IMG/VR virus record: IMGVR_UViG_3300042348_000780
Length of the DNA stretch: 64,000 bases
Direction: 5' to 3' (one strand)
Source of the DNA: a virus
Under the pieces are notes generated by a model. That model saw only the letters and a program-made list of their open reading frames with translations, ran no database searches and was not told the origin of the DNA. Positions 11,247-20,634 of the stretch are shown here, piece after piece. The translations under genes and the position numbers were made by a program. Each line of letters starts with the position of its first letter. The first letter of the stretch is position 1.

Positions 11247-14200
11247 ATGTCAAAAAGTACTATAGGAACATACGTTATAAGAGGGCCACAGGGTCCAATT
11301 GGTCAATTAGGAGCCACAGGAAATACTGGACAAACGGGAAATACTGGCCCTACAGGACCAACTGGTGATTATGGTGTGTATATTCAATCTATACAAGCCT
11401 ACACTAATAGTATAATATTGACATTATCCAATGGTTCAACCCAAGAAGTAACTGGAAATTTCCGTGGTGCTACGAGTGAATTTTATATTGGTGGCACAAC
11501 AAGTCCAGAAGATTCTTATAGTTTTATATCATCATATGATTCAGGAACACAGACTGTTTCAATACGTGGAATGACATTCACTGGTTCTTTATATTTAACT
11601 GAAGATTCAGATTATATCTATATTCATACAAATATATCAGAAGCACCATCAGAACTTGATATAGCAAATTTAAATCAAAATACATTAGTATATTTGAAAA
11701 CAAATAGTCAAATATCTAGCACTTCTATTGGCGTATCTTATGATGCAAATTACTATAATGGAACACTCGTATATAATGATACTGGTTCTGGAAATGGTAG
11801 AGCAAAATTAAATGCTTCCTCTAAGATAAAATATGTTGGTCCAATTACTAGAGATGATGATTTAATCTATCTAAATGCTGATGATGCAGGAACATTTTAC
11901 TTAGCAACACCAATTGGTATCGCAGGAATTACTGGTACATTTAGAGCAAATGAATCAATATCTTTAACATTGATTCCAGAAAATGAAAATATATGGCATT
12001 TCCCAGAAAATATTTATTTTGAATCTGGTGAAAATTATTTAACATGTGGTAAATCAATTATTAATATAACTTCAACTGATCAAGGCGAAACATGGTTGGC
12101 CACAGTTGCTGCTAGAGGTTTTGATGTTGATGTTAATTCCTGTGTATTATCAAATACATTGGGATCATGTTGTTATAGTGCTGAAAATTTTGAAACAAAA
12201 TGCAAAGATTACATAACAAAAGAAGCATGTGAATCACTGTTTGGAACATTTTATCCATTGAGATCATGCAAAGATGCTTGTGGATCAACTGGAATTTGTT
12301 GTACAAATGGTAGATGTATAGAAGATACAACACCATCTGAATGTGAAGCCTTCGGTGGTAGTTATTATTCTGGAATTACCTGTGGTGCGTATAATAATAA
12401 TCCAGATGATACTAATTTCGGATCTAGATTATGTCCTAATAATTGTGAACAAGATGGTTTAGTTTCTTGTTGTAAAGATGGTGTATGTTTGGGCGATAAC
12501 TTTACAAAATTATTATGCGAACAAGTTCTTGGTGGAAAAGCCGTTGAAGGTTCATGTTCAGAAGCAAACTGTTGTGATCAGTTGGTTGGACCTGGACCTT
12601 GTTGTACTATAGGTGGTTGTTTAGAATTAAATAAAGTTGAATGTGATGCTGTTGGTGGAATTTTCATGGGAGAAGGTTTACCGTGTAATCAAATCAATTG
12701 TGAATGTTTAGATATAAATTCACAGAATGATCCATTCGGAGCTTGTTGTGAAAATGGAGTTTGTTCACAAAAATATCAATCTCAATGTAAGGGTAGTTTT
12801 ATTGGTGGTGAATGTGATATTAATACATGTCTAATACCATCTGGAGCTTGTTGTAAAGATTGTGATTGTACACAAGTTAGCCAAACTGTATGTCAGTCTC
12901 AAGGTGGTCAATATAATGGTGATGGTACTTCATGCCCAGGTAATTGTAGTTCATCTCCAGAATGCGCATGTTCTAGTGGAGGATTTACTGAATTATTTGA
13001 TTGTACTGAGCCGACATCAATGGATTGTCTTACATCCATAAAAATGTATCCAAAGGAAAATTTAGAATCATCTGAAATTACATCACATTTTACAAGTGGT
13101 ATAGCATTTTTTCAATATCACGAAAAATTTGGTAATGATCAAATTCGTTATATTTTTAGACAAGGAATGGCTGTAAAAGATTTATTTATTCCAGTTGAAA
13201 GTAATAACATAGCTGATTTTAATGCTGGAGTAAATATAATAAAAATAGATGAAGATGGCACTGGTCGAGTATGTTTAAAATTAAACATAGCAAATGTTCA
13301 ATCCATGTCTTCTGATCAATTTAAATCATTAAGATTTTATCTATTAAGAACTAATTATCCAAGACATTACTCACAAAATTTAGCTGCATTACGAGGAATA
13401 ACAAATTCATACGGAACAGATACCATTGATTCCATTAATCCATTATCACAAACAAGTGAAGATACAGATGGAAATGGAGATATACAGACGATAGACGCTA
13501 ATGTATTTATGCCAGGAACTGATAAATTACGTAGACAATTAAATGGACCTTTATATGGAGGTATAAGAAAAAATAGTGTATCAGAAATTTTCGAAGGCCA
13601 ACTTAGACCTTTAGCTTATAATACTAATGATTATAAAAATCATTTTTTAAATATGGGTCTTAATACATTTGGTATAACTGGAATATATGATATCGTAAGA
13701 ATGTCTCACAACATTGGAAATAATCAACCTGGACAGGGTTTTAGAGTTATACATAGAGCAAATGAAGGTTCAGTTATAAGTTCTGAGTGTAGAAATGCAA
13801 ATTTTACAACAACATATGCTGATCCACGAATAGGACCATTGGTTAATGGTTCTTCATTAAATACAAATTTATTTTCAATACCATCTAAACAAGATGAAAC
13901 TATATTTTATATTGCTTCAACAAATATGGAATATAATACTAATATTCCTCCACTAAATTATTTATATTATGCACTTATAGATGAACAATGTAAATTTTTA
14001 AAATTGGATCATATAGTTACTAGTAATGACTTTTTACAACCTTTCGTAGATTCTGGATATCTTATTCCCTGTGTAAAATCAACCACATTTATTCCAAACT
14101 ATCCTACATCATCTTTACCATATATTCCATATGGTATGCTTTTAGTTGGTTATCACGCACATGGATATAATAAAATAATAAATCCACAAACTGCTTCTGG

Positions 14201-15779
14201 TATTCCAAGCAATACAATACAATCGTATTATAAATTATTATCTAAATTATCAATGAATTTTTCAAATAGATTTTTTAATCTTAGTAATTTAGCTAATGAA
14301 TATTTAAATTATTCGGTAGGATTAAATGATCCAGGTCATCCATGGATTGTTGATTTAGTAGACCCACAATATAATTATAAATATGAACAATTTAATCAAA
14401 ATCTATCTTTAGATTGTAAAAAATATAAAACTAGAGATGATGCCATTATATTTGATTCTGGTGCTATAAAGATAAAATCAACAGCAACAATTGAAAATGG
14501 AAATAGATATTATCATGAATTTTTGATTGATAACATTCCACGTGATTTTGATAATAATAATTTAATTTTCATTCCAGATACTTCAAGCGATATAAATCTA
14601 CATCAATTTTCATATGCAATAAATCGATCGCAATATATTTATAAAAATTCAAATGCTATTGCTGATCCATTTTATGAGAATAAAAGAACGTATCCTAAAG
14701 GCAATTTAGTTATTCCTGAATTTTTAAATCAAGATGGAAGTATTGATGTAATTTGTTGCATCACAATTCCAAATATAAGATCATACATGCCATCATTTGA
14801 TGATATTCAAAATGATACTACACATAACGATCCTTATGATGATGGTTATTATCTTAAATCATTTGCAGATACACTTAGATTGGTAATTTTTACTGATATA
14901 ATTTCACCAGATAATACTGTAAATCAAAAATCAGATGGAAATATTACAGATATAACATTATCAACGAATTGTTTTGGACAAGGATGTAATTTTGAACCAT
15001 CTGGTGAATTATTATCTTGTCATGTTTGTGATGGTGACTTTTTTACTGGTGATCGTTGTCCTTCATATAATTTTATGGTATGCAATAAATTGAGAGCTGG
15101 ATTTGGTGAGCAATGTGGTAATGAAGATCCATCAATAGAATGTTACCCAGATTGCCCTGATACTGGAAGTAATTCTTGTTGTATTCAGGCAGGAAGTCTA
15201 AATTGTGATGATTCCTATTTTTATGCAAGTGGTACAGTTTCAATAAATGAAAATTTATCATGTAATAAAGTTAATGTTGAGGTAAGTCTTTCATGTGGCT
15301 TAATTGATGAACCACCAGTATCTGCTTGTGGTAGTTATTTATATGATGGCTGTGGTTTTCCAAATGCAATCAATGCATTTCAATGTGCCACTGATGTTGG
15401 AACTCCTTGTGTGGGAAACACTGTAGTGTGGCCCACTTGTGGTAATCCTGGAATACCATACTTTATAAATAGTCGTAAACAAAGAGTTTGTTTTGCTTTA
15501 CCAGTAGTCATTGATGATCCATATGATATAGGTGAAAATTGTAGTTTATGGTCTGAATTAATAAGAACATTATATGCTGCATGTTTTGCCAATGGTGGTA
15601 GTGGTTGTAATGATTGTCTTGGAAGTATACCTGAATTTTCATGTACATCTTCAGGATTTGCTGGAGATCTCAGATTAATTAATAAGAAAATATATGTAAA
15701 TCAAACAGATTCTATCTGTGTTCCAATGGATCCTTCTAATTTAAATATTCTAAATACTTTTGAGGATTGTGATACATGA
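11247..15779 (+). CDS. Large Cys-rich tail appendage protein (collagen-like N-terminus, about six GxCC repeats, Cys-rich C-terminus)
   Basis: GATGNTGQTGNTGPT; GSCCY, GICCTNGRC, VSCCKDGVC, GPCCTIGGC, GACCENGVC, GACCKDC; 1510 aa ORF. Confidence 0.65.
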   Translation: MSKSTIGTYVIRGPQGPIGQLGATGNTGQTGNTGPTGPTGDYGVYIQSIQAYTNSIILTLSNGSTQEVTGNFRGATSEFYIGGTTSPEDSYSFISSYDSGTQTVSIRGMTFTGSLYLTEDSDYIYIHTNISEAPSELDIANLNQNTLVYLKTNSQISSTSIGVSYDANYYNGTLVYNDTGSGNGRAKLNASSKIKYVGPITRDDDLIYLNADDAGTFYLATPIGIAGITGTFRANESISLTLIPENENIWHFPENIYFESGENYLTCGKSIINITSTDQGETWLATVAARGFDVDVNSCVLSNTLGSCCYSAENFETKCKDYITKEACESLFGTFYPLRSCKDACGSTGICCTNGRCIEDTTPSECEAFGGSYYSGITCGAYNNNPDDTNFGSRLCPNNCEQDGLVSCCKDGVCLGDNFTKLLCEQVLGGKAVEGSCSEANCCDQLVGPGPCCTIGGCLELNKVECDAVGGIFMGEGLPCNQINCECLDINSQNDPFGACCENGVCSQKYQSQCKGSFIGGECDINTCLIPSGACCKDCDCTQVSQTVCQSQGGQYNGDGTSCPGNCSSSPECACSSGGFTELFDCTEPTSMDCLTSIKMYPKENLESSEITSHFTSGIAFFQYHEKFGNDQIRYIFRQGMAVKDLFIPVESNNIADFNAGVNIIKIDEDGTGRVCLKLNIANVQSMSSDQFKSLRFYLLRTNYPRHYSQNLAALRGITNSYGTDTIDSINPLSQTSEDTDGNGDIQTIDANVFMPGTDKLRRQLNGPLYGGIRKNSVSEIFEGQLRPLAYNTNDYKNHFLNMGLNTFGITGIYDIVRMSHNIGNNQPGQGFRVIHRANEGSVISSECRNANFTTTYADPRIGPLVNGSSLNTNLFSIPSKQDETIFYIASTNMEYNTNIPPLNYLYYALIDEQCKFLKLDHIVTSNDFLQPFVDSGYLIPCVKSTTFIPNYPTSSLPYIPYGMLLVGYHAHGYNKIINPQTASGIPSNTIQSYYKLLSKLSMNFSNRFFNLSNLANEYLNYSVGLNDPGHPWIVDLVDPQYNYKYEQFNQNLSLDCKKYKTRDDAIIFDSGAIKIKSTATIENGNRYYHEFLIDNIPRDFDNNNLIFIPDTSSDINLHQFSYAINRSQYIYKNSNAIADPFYENKRTYPKGNLVIPEFLNQDGSIDVICCITIPNIRSYMPSFDDIQNDTTHNDPYDDGYYLKSFADTLRLVIFTDIISPDNTVNQKSDGNITDITLSTNCFGQGCNFEPSGELLSCHVCDGDFFTGDRCPSYNFMVCNKLRAGFGEQCGNEDPSIECYPDCPDTGSNSCCIQAGSLNCDDSYFYASGTVSINENLSCNKVNVEVSLSCGLIDEPPVSACGSYLYDGCGFPNAINAFQCATDVGTPCVGNTVVWPTCGNPGIPYFINSRKQRVCFALPVVIDDPYDIGENCSLWSELIRTLYAACFANGGSGCNDCLGSIPEFSCTSSGFAGDLRLINKKIYVNQTDSICVPMDPSNLNILNTFEDCDT

Positions 15780-17233
15780 GTACGCAATTTAGATCTAGAG
15801 TTAAATCTGTCGTAAATTTTGGATCAGATTTAAAGGCTATTGGTACTTGTTGTTTTACAAATGGTACTAGTGAAGAATTGTCATTTTACGAATGTTTTAT
15901 AAAAAATGGCACATTTATTGCTGGTACAAATGCAGAATGCCCAAATCAAGGTGAATTAGTAAGTTGTTATGCTTGCTCTTATCTTACACCTTCACAAAAA
16001 ATAGCAGTAATTAATGATTCTTCTATTTTAACAAACAATAATACTATAGGTGTAAAGCAAGTAACTTTATGTGAATGTACACGAATAGGTGGTAATATTT
16101 CAGCTCAGGATCCAAATAATCCTGGAAGAGATATAAGAATTCCAAAAGCATGTTGTTATATGGATTATGATGGTGCTGGTTTTCCTATAGGAATAACATG
16201 CGAAAATGTATGTTCAGAAAAAGAATGCTCTTTAAAGGGTATAACATTTGAAAATGGACAATTGAAAAATACTCCATTGTTTACATCAAATTCTTTATGT
16301 TCTGAGGTTGAATGTGAACCGAATGCAATAACTTCTAATAACTTTGCTAAAATAGCTACTGGAAAAGAATCAAATTCTATTTTTGATATTGGCACTTGTT
16401 ATACATTAACAAGAAATGATTCAGGTTTTAGTTATTCTTGTGAAATTAACATGCTTCATAATTGCAATGGATATTGGATTTCATCAAGTTATGGTGAAAA
16501 TAATACAATATTTTGTGGAAATTCTTATGCTCCACAATTACCTATAGTAGAAACTGCTAGAGTTATAGAACCCGAATCCATGTCAGAAGCAGCATTTGAT
16601 GCTCTAAATATACAAATAGGTGATTCATATAAAGGCGGCATCTACATTGGAAAATATATTCCAAGTTCATCTTTATGTAAAGTTTATGGTTCACTGAATT
16701 TACAATCTCCAGAAGAAAAATATTATGATGATTCTACTCCTAGAGATGGAAATCAAACTTGTGCTTTGATTGTAGATATTAATAATATAAATACAAATCT
16801 TTTAACAACTGAAGAGATATCTTCATCAGTCCCCCAAACATCTTTATCAGATGGCTTCTATAATACATATGGTAATAAGACAGACTTTTTTGGTTTAGAT
16901 TTTGTAACTGTGAATACAATCAAAGGCAGAATACGTACTGGATTTGCTGATTACTATATTCCAAGTATATTAGAATTGGCATTTTTGGCTAATTCTATTC
17001 GAAATAATTCATCATTGCTTGATAAATTAGACATTACAAATTCATTATCATCATCTTCTATATTTTTTGAAGATATTACTTCAAGTAAAACAAATAAATT
17101 TAATTTCAGTAATATAATTTTTAGTTATGGTCAGATAATAAATAGTAATGCATTTGAATTTGGACAAATGCTATTAGTTCCTGGAACTAATAAATCAGAT
17201 ATAAGATTGTTCAGAAAGGTGATATTAACATGA
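15776..17233 (+). CDS. Cys-rich protein with a degenerate DUF1566-like C-terminal domain
   Basis: GTCCFTNG; IGDSYKGGIYIG; GFADYYIPSILEL; IRLFRK; ATGA overlap with the upstream gene. Confidence 0.6.
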   Translation: MSTQFRSRVKSVVNFGSDLKAIGTCCFTNGTSEELSFYECFIKNGTFIAGTNAECPNQGELVSCYACSYLTPSQKIAVINDSSILTNNNTIGVKQVTLCECTRIGGNISAQDPNNPGRDIRIPKACCYMDYDGAGFPIGITCENVCSEKECSLKGITFENGQLKNTPLFTSNSLCSEVECEPNAITSNNFAKIATGKESNSIFDIGTCYTLTRNDSGFSYSCEINMLHNCNGYWISSSYGENNTIFCGNSYAPQLPIVETARVIEPESMSEAAFDALNIQIGDSYKGGIYIGKYIPSSSLCKVYGSLNLQSPEEKYYDDSTPRDGNQTCALIVDINNINTNLLTTEEISSSVPQTSLSDGFYNTYGNKTDFFGLDFVTVNTIKGRIRTGFADYYIPSILELAFLANSIRNNSSLLDKLDITNSLSSSSIFFEDITSSKTNKFNFSNIIFSYGQIINSNAFEFGQMLLVPGTNKSDIRLFRKVILT

Positions 17234-17730
17234 GTTGCAATTGTGGAAAAAACAAAGATAATGAAAAATTCAGAACAGAAGAAATAAAAAAAGAAAATAC
17301 AGTATCAGAAAAAATATCAATGGTGCAAAATTTTGCATCTGCTATTGCTTCTAGAGGTATTTCAAATGAAAAAGTTTCTAAAGCAGTAAAACAATTAAGA
17401 GTTTTATCTTGTTTTGGTAATATGAGAGAGGGTGGAGAACTTCCTCCATGCGAACATTTAAAACCAAGCACAACAACAGGTAAATTCTTTTGTGGAGGTT
17501 GTGGTTGTGGTGACAGAAAAGGAACTTGGCTTGTTTCTAATGGTGAAGAATATTCTAAGTTAGATTATCCAAAATTATCATGTCCTTTACAAATGCCAGG
17601 TTTTTCTAATTATAAAAAATCAGATCCATCCGAAGCAGAAGAACCAGTTACAAGAAGATATTATATTGAAAAGAATATCACATATAAGGATCTGGAAAAA
17701 ATAGCTGTAAATGTTCCAGATAAAAAATAA
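17230..17730 (+). CDS. Small Cys-rich (probably Zn-binding) hypothetical protein
   Basis: MSCNCG; CEHL...FCGGCGCG...KLSCP; coupled to the upstream gene by ATGA. Confidence 0.65.
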   Translation: MSCNCGKNKDNEKFRTEEIKKENTVSEKISMVQNFASAIASRGISNEKVSKAVKQLRVLSCFGNMREGGELPPCEHLKPSTTTGKFFCGGCGCGDRKGTWLVSNGEEYSKLDYPKLSCPLQMPGFSNYKKSDPSEAEEPVTRRYYIEKNITYKDLEKIAVNVPDKK

Positions 17731-17742
17731 ATAATATCTCCA

Positions 17743-17750
17743 TATAAATA
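17743..17750 (+). promoter_or_regulatory. T4-type late promoter TATAAATA upstream of gp13
   Basis: Exact consensus in the intergenic gap, followed by AGGAGA and ATG; gp55 is encoded in this window. Confidence 0.75.
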
Positions 17751-17764
17751 AAATAGGAGATTTT

Positions 17765-18568
17765 ATGGCAGCACCTAATTCAAGAGATTCAATTATTGAT
17801 TATGCATTAAGAACTCTTGGTAGTCCAGTAATAGAAATAAATGTGGATAGAGAACAATGTGAAGATCGTCTAGACGAAGCTTTACAATTCTTTACTGAAC
17901 GTCATTTTGATGGTGTTGACAAAGTATTTTTTAAATATCAAGTAACACAAACGGATAAAACCAACAAATATATTGATATTAATAATATCGGCGGTTGGAA
18001 TGGAAATGCAAATGCAAGACCAAACGGTTCTGATATTATCTCTGTTGTAAAATTATTTCAATTTGGTAATTTTGCTAATATTGATATGTTTGATTTAAAA
18101 TATCAATTAGCTCTTGTTGACTATTTCGGAATCAATAGAGGAATGAATGGTGGTGGATCTATGGGTCTTGCCTCATATCATTCAACAAAACAATATATTA
18201 AATTAATTGAGGATTTCTTTCAAGGTGAAAAGGCAATTAGATTCAGTAAAGTCACGAATAGAATTCATATTGATGGATCTTTGTCCGATATTATTGTCGG
18301 TGACTATATTGTTTTTGAAACATATGCAGCACTTGATCCAGAAGAATACACAAAAATATTTAATGATAGACTTTTGAAAAAATATTTAACAGCCTTAATT
18401 AAACGTCAATGGGGGGCGAATATGGCCAAATATGATGGTGTTCAGCTACCTGGTGGTATAGTAATGAAAGGCGGTCAGATCTACGCTGAGGCAGTAAGCG
18501 AGATCGCTGCGATTGAAATTGAGTTTATTACTTCACACGAATTGCCAGTAAATTTCTTTGTAGGTTAA
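17765..18568 (+). CDS. gp13: Neck protein gp13
   Basis: YALRTLGSPVIEINVD...DEALQFF.E.HFDG; KRQWGANM.KY.GVQLPGG. Confidence 0.92.
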   Translation: MAAPNSRDSIIDYALRTLGSPVIEINVDREQCEDRLDEALQFFTERHFDGVDKVFFKYQVTQTDKTNKYIDINNIGGWNGNANARPNGSDIISVVKLFQFGNFANIDMFDLKYQLALVDYFGINRGMNGGGSMGLASYHSTKQYIKLIEDFFQGEKAIRFSKVTNRIHIDGSLSDIIVGDYIVFETYAALDPEEYTKIFNDRLLKKYLTALIKRQWGANMAKYDGVQLPGGIVMKGGQIYAEAVSEIAAIEIEFITSHELPVNFFVG

Positions 18569-18569
18569 T

Positions 18570-19451
18570 ATGGCAACAAATCCATTTTTCAAATATTCAA
18601 ATCTAGATCAAAAGTTAATAGATGATCTCACTATAGAAACTATTAAAGTTACTGGTATTGATATTCTTTATATACCAAGAGAATATTTTAAATTGGATAA
18701 TATTTTGGGTGAAGATATTCAATCCAAATTTACAAAAGCATATCAATTGGAATGTTATGTTCAAACTGTATTATCATTCGATGGTCAAGCAGATGTAATT
18801 AGTAAATTCGGCGTTATGATCACCGATAGAATGACTATTCAAGTATCCAAGACACGATTCAAACAAGAAATATATTCTAAAGATTCACTGATTGTAAGAC
18901 CGAGAGAAGGTGATTTAATATATTTTCCTTTATCTGGTACTATATTTGAAATTAATAAACTAGAGGACGAGATTCCATTCTATCAGTTAGGTGCATTGAC
19001 AACATATACTCTAACACTAGAAGCCTTTGTATATTCACACGAAGAGTTTAATACTGGCATTGATATTCTTGATAATGCCACGAAGGATAGAAAGTCGTAT
19101 GTTTCAAGAATTCTTCTCAAAGGTATACAAGGTGGAAATTATTTACCTGGGGAATATGTGAATCATTCTGGATATACCGCAACTGTACAGCAATTTACCA
19201 AAGGTTTCAGCTATTCATATATGTACGTATTTGATGAAGTTGGTACATATGTAAATGGTATCACACTTTCTGGTGCATTGTCTGGTGCTGGATATACAGG
19301 ATTCAATAGATCCGTAACTACAACTATTATACCTACTGATCCTGTTAAGGATCGTAGTGATGGTGATAATGTTGATTTTGACAATGAAAGAGCTAAAAAG
19401 GATTTATTTGATTTCACAGAAACTGATCCATTCAGTGAAGGGAAATATTAA
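18570..19451 (+). CDS. gp14: Neck protein gp14
   Basis: MATNPFF; YIPRE; RPREGDLIYFP; PFYQLG; C-terminal DFTETDPFSE. Confidence 0.92.
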   Translation: MATNPFFKYSNLDQKLIDDLTIETIKVTGIDILYIPREYFKLDNILGEDIQSKFTKAYQLECYVQTVLSFDGQADVISKFGVMITDRMTIQVSKTRFKQEIYSKDSLIVRPREGDLIYFPLSGTIFEINKLEDEIPFYQLGALTTYTLTLEAFVYSHEEFNTGIDILDNATKDRKSYVSRILLKGIQGGNYLPGEYVNHSGYTATVQQFTKGFSYSYMYVFDEVGTYVNGITLSGALSGAGYTGFNRSVTTTIIPTDPVKDRSDGDNVDFDNERAKKDLFDFTETDPFSEGKY

Positions 19452-20200
19452 TGTTTGGAGAAAATGTATCATTTTATAATGAAACTATTCGTAAAAATAT
19501 AGTTGCATTTGGAACTTTATTTAATCAAATAACTATATTACGAAAAGATAGCAATGATAATATTACAAATAGGATAAAAGTTCCTATTTTATATGGTCCT
19601 AAAGAAAAGTTTATTTATAGATTAACAACAGAAACTGGTGTTACGGATAATACACATATTCAATCGACATTTCCAAAAATGGGATTTGAAATAATTAATA
19701 TTCTTTATGATCCAACAAGAAAATTGAATAGAATTTATAAGAAAAAGAGTTCTGTTTCTGGATATAACGAAAGTACATTTACTGAAATACCATATAATAT
19801 TAATTTAAATTTATACTCTTTCACTAGAAATTTAGAAGATAATTTACAAATTATAGAACAAATCGTTCCGTTCTTTGCGCCAGATTTTACCGTAACGATA
19901 AATTATAATTCATTAAATGAAAAAGTTGATGTTCCGATTGTATTAAATGATGTTAGTACATCTGAAGACTACGAAGGTGATTTTAGTACAAGAAGAAGTG
20001 TTACAAGTGTTTTTAATTTTACTATGAAATCTTATGTTTATGGAAACATTAAGAGAGATATTGGAGGAATCATAGAAAATGCACGTGTAAATATTTACAA
20101 TGGAATGACTATGCAATCAGCTCCTTCAAATCTTGTTTCAAGCCCAGGATATACTGGAAATGCAGAAACAGGAAGTATTACTTATTATGATGGTGTTTAA
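19451..20200 (+). CDS. gp15: Tail terminator / sheath stabiliser gp15
   Basis: FYNETIRK.IVAFGTLFN; KVPILYGPKEKF; QIIEQIVPFF.P; YEGDF.TRR. Confidence 0.92.
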   Translation: MFGENVSFYNETIRKNIVAFGTLFNQITILRKDSNDNITNRIKVPILYGPKEKFIYRLTTETGVTDNTHIQSTFPKMGFEIINILYDPTRKLNRIYKKKSSVSGYNESTFTEIPYNINLNLYSFTRNLEDNLQIIEQIVPFFAPDFTVTINYNSLNEKVDVPIVLNDVSTSEDYEGDFSTRRSVTSVFNFTMKSYVYGNIKRDIGGIIENARVNIYNGMTMQSAPSNLVSSPGYTGNAETGSITYYDGV

Positions 20201-20202
20201 TT

Positions 20203-20634
20203 ATGTCAAAAGATCCATTTGAAAATATATCAAAAGCTTTAGAAACTACATTTGAAAAAAATCCTGAAAAGAAAGATATTCAAATTGTAAAAGAAATCAA
20301 GAGATCTAAAGAAGAAGTTCTTGAGGCTGATTTTAATTCAGCAAGAACTAATATGAAAGAACTTATTAATAATGGCATGGATGCGTTAGATGGAATTATG
20401 AAAGTTGCCTCTGCAAGTGATTCTCCAAGAGCGTATGAAGTTGCAGCATTATTATTAAAAACATTATCTGATATGAATAAAGATCTAATGGTTGTTCATG
20501 AAAAATCAGAAAATATTCAAAAAGAAAAAGTTACAAATATTACTAATAATTCAATATATGTCGGATCTACAACAGATTTACAGAATCTGATTAATAAATC
20601 ACGATCTCAAGCTAAGGAATTACCTGATGTCTAG
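20203..20634 (+). CDS. gp16: Terminase small subunit gp16
   Basis: DF..AR.N; SDSPRAYEV; NNSIYVGSTTDLQ; position before gp17. Confidence 0.9.
   Translation: MSKDPFENISKALETTFEKNPEKKDIQIVKEIKRSKEEVLEADFNSARTNMKELINNGMDALDGIMKVASASDSPRAYEVAALLLKTLSDMNKDLMVVHEKSENIQKEKVTNITNNSIYVGSTTDLQNLINKSRSQAKELPDV

Noticed and set aside
5527-17233. Diversity-generating retroelement acting on the DUF1566-like genes
   Set aside because: No reverse transcriptase and no adenine-mismatched TR/VR pair was seen in this window; one elsewhere in the genome cannot be excluded.
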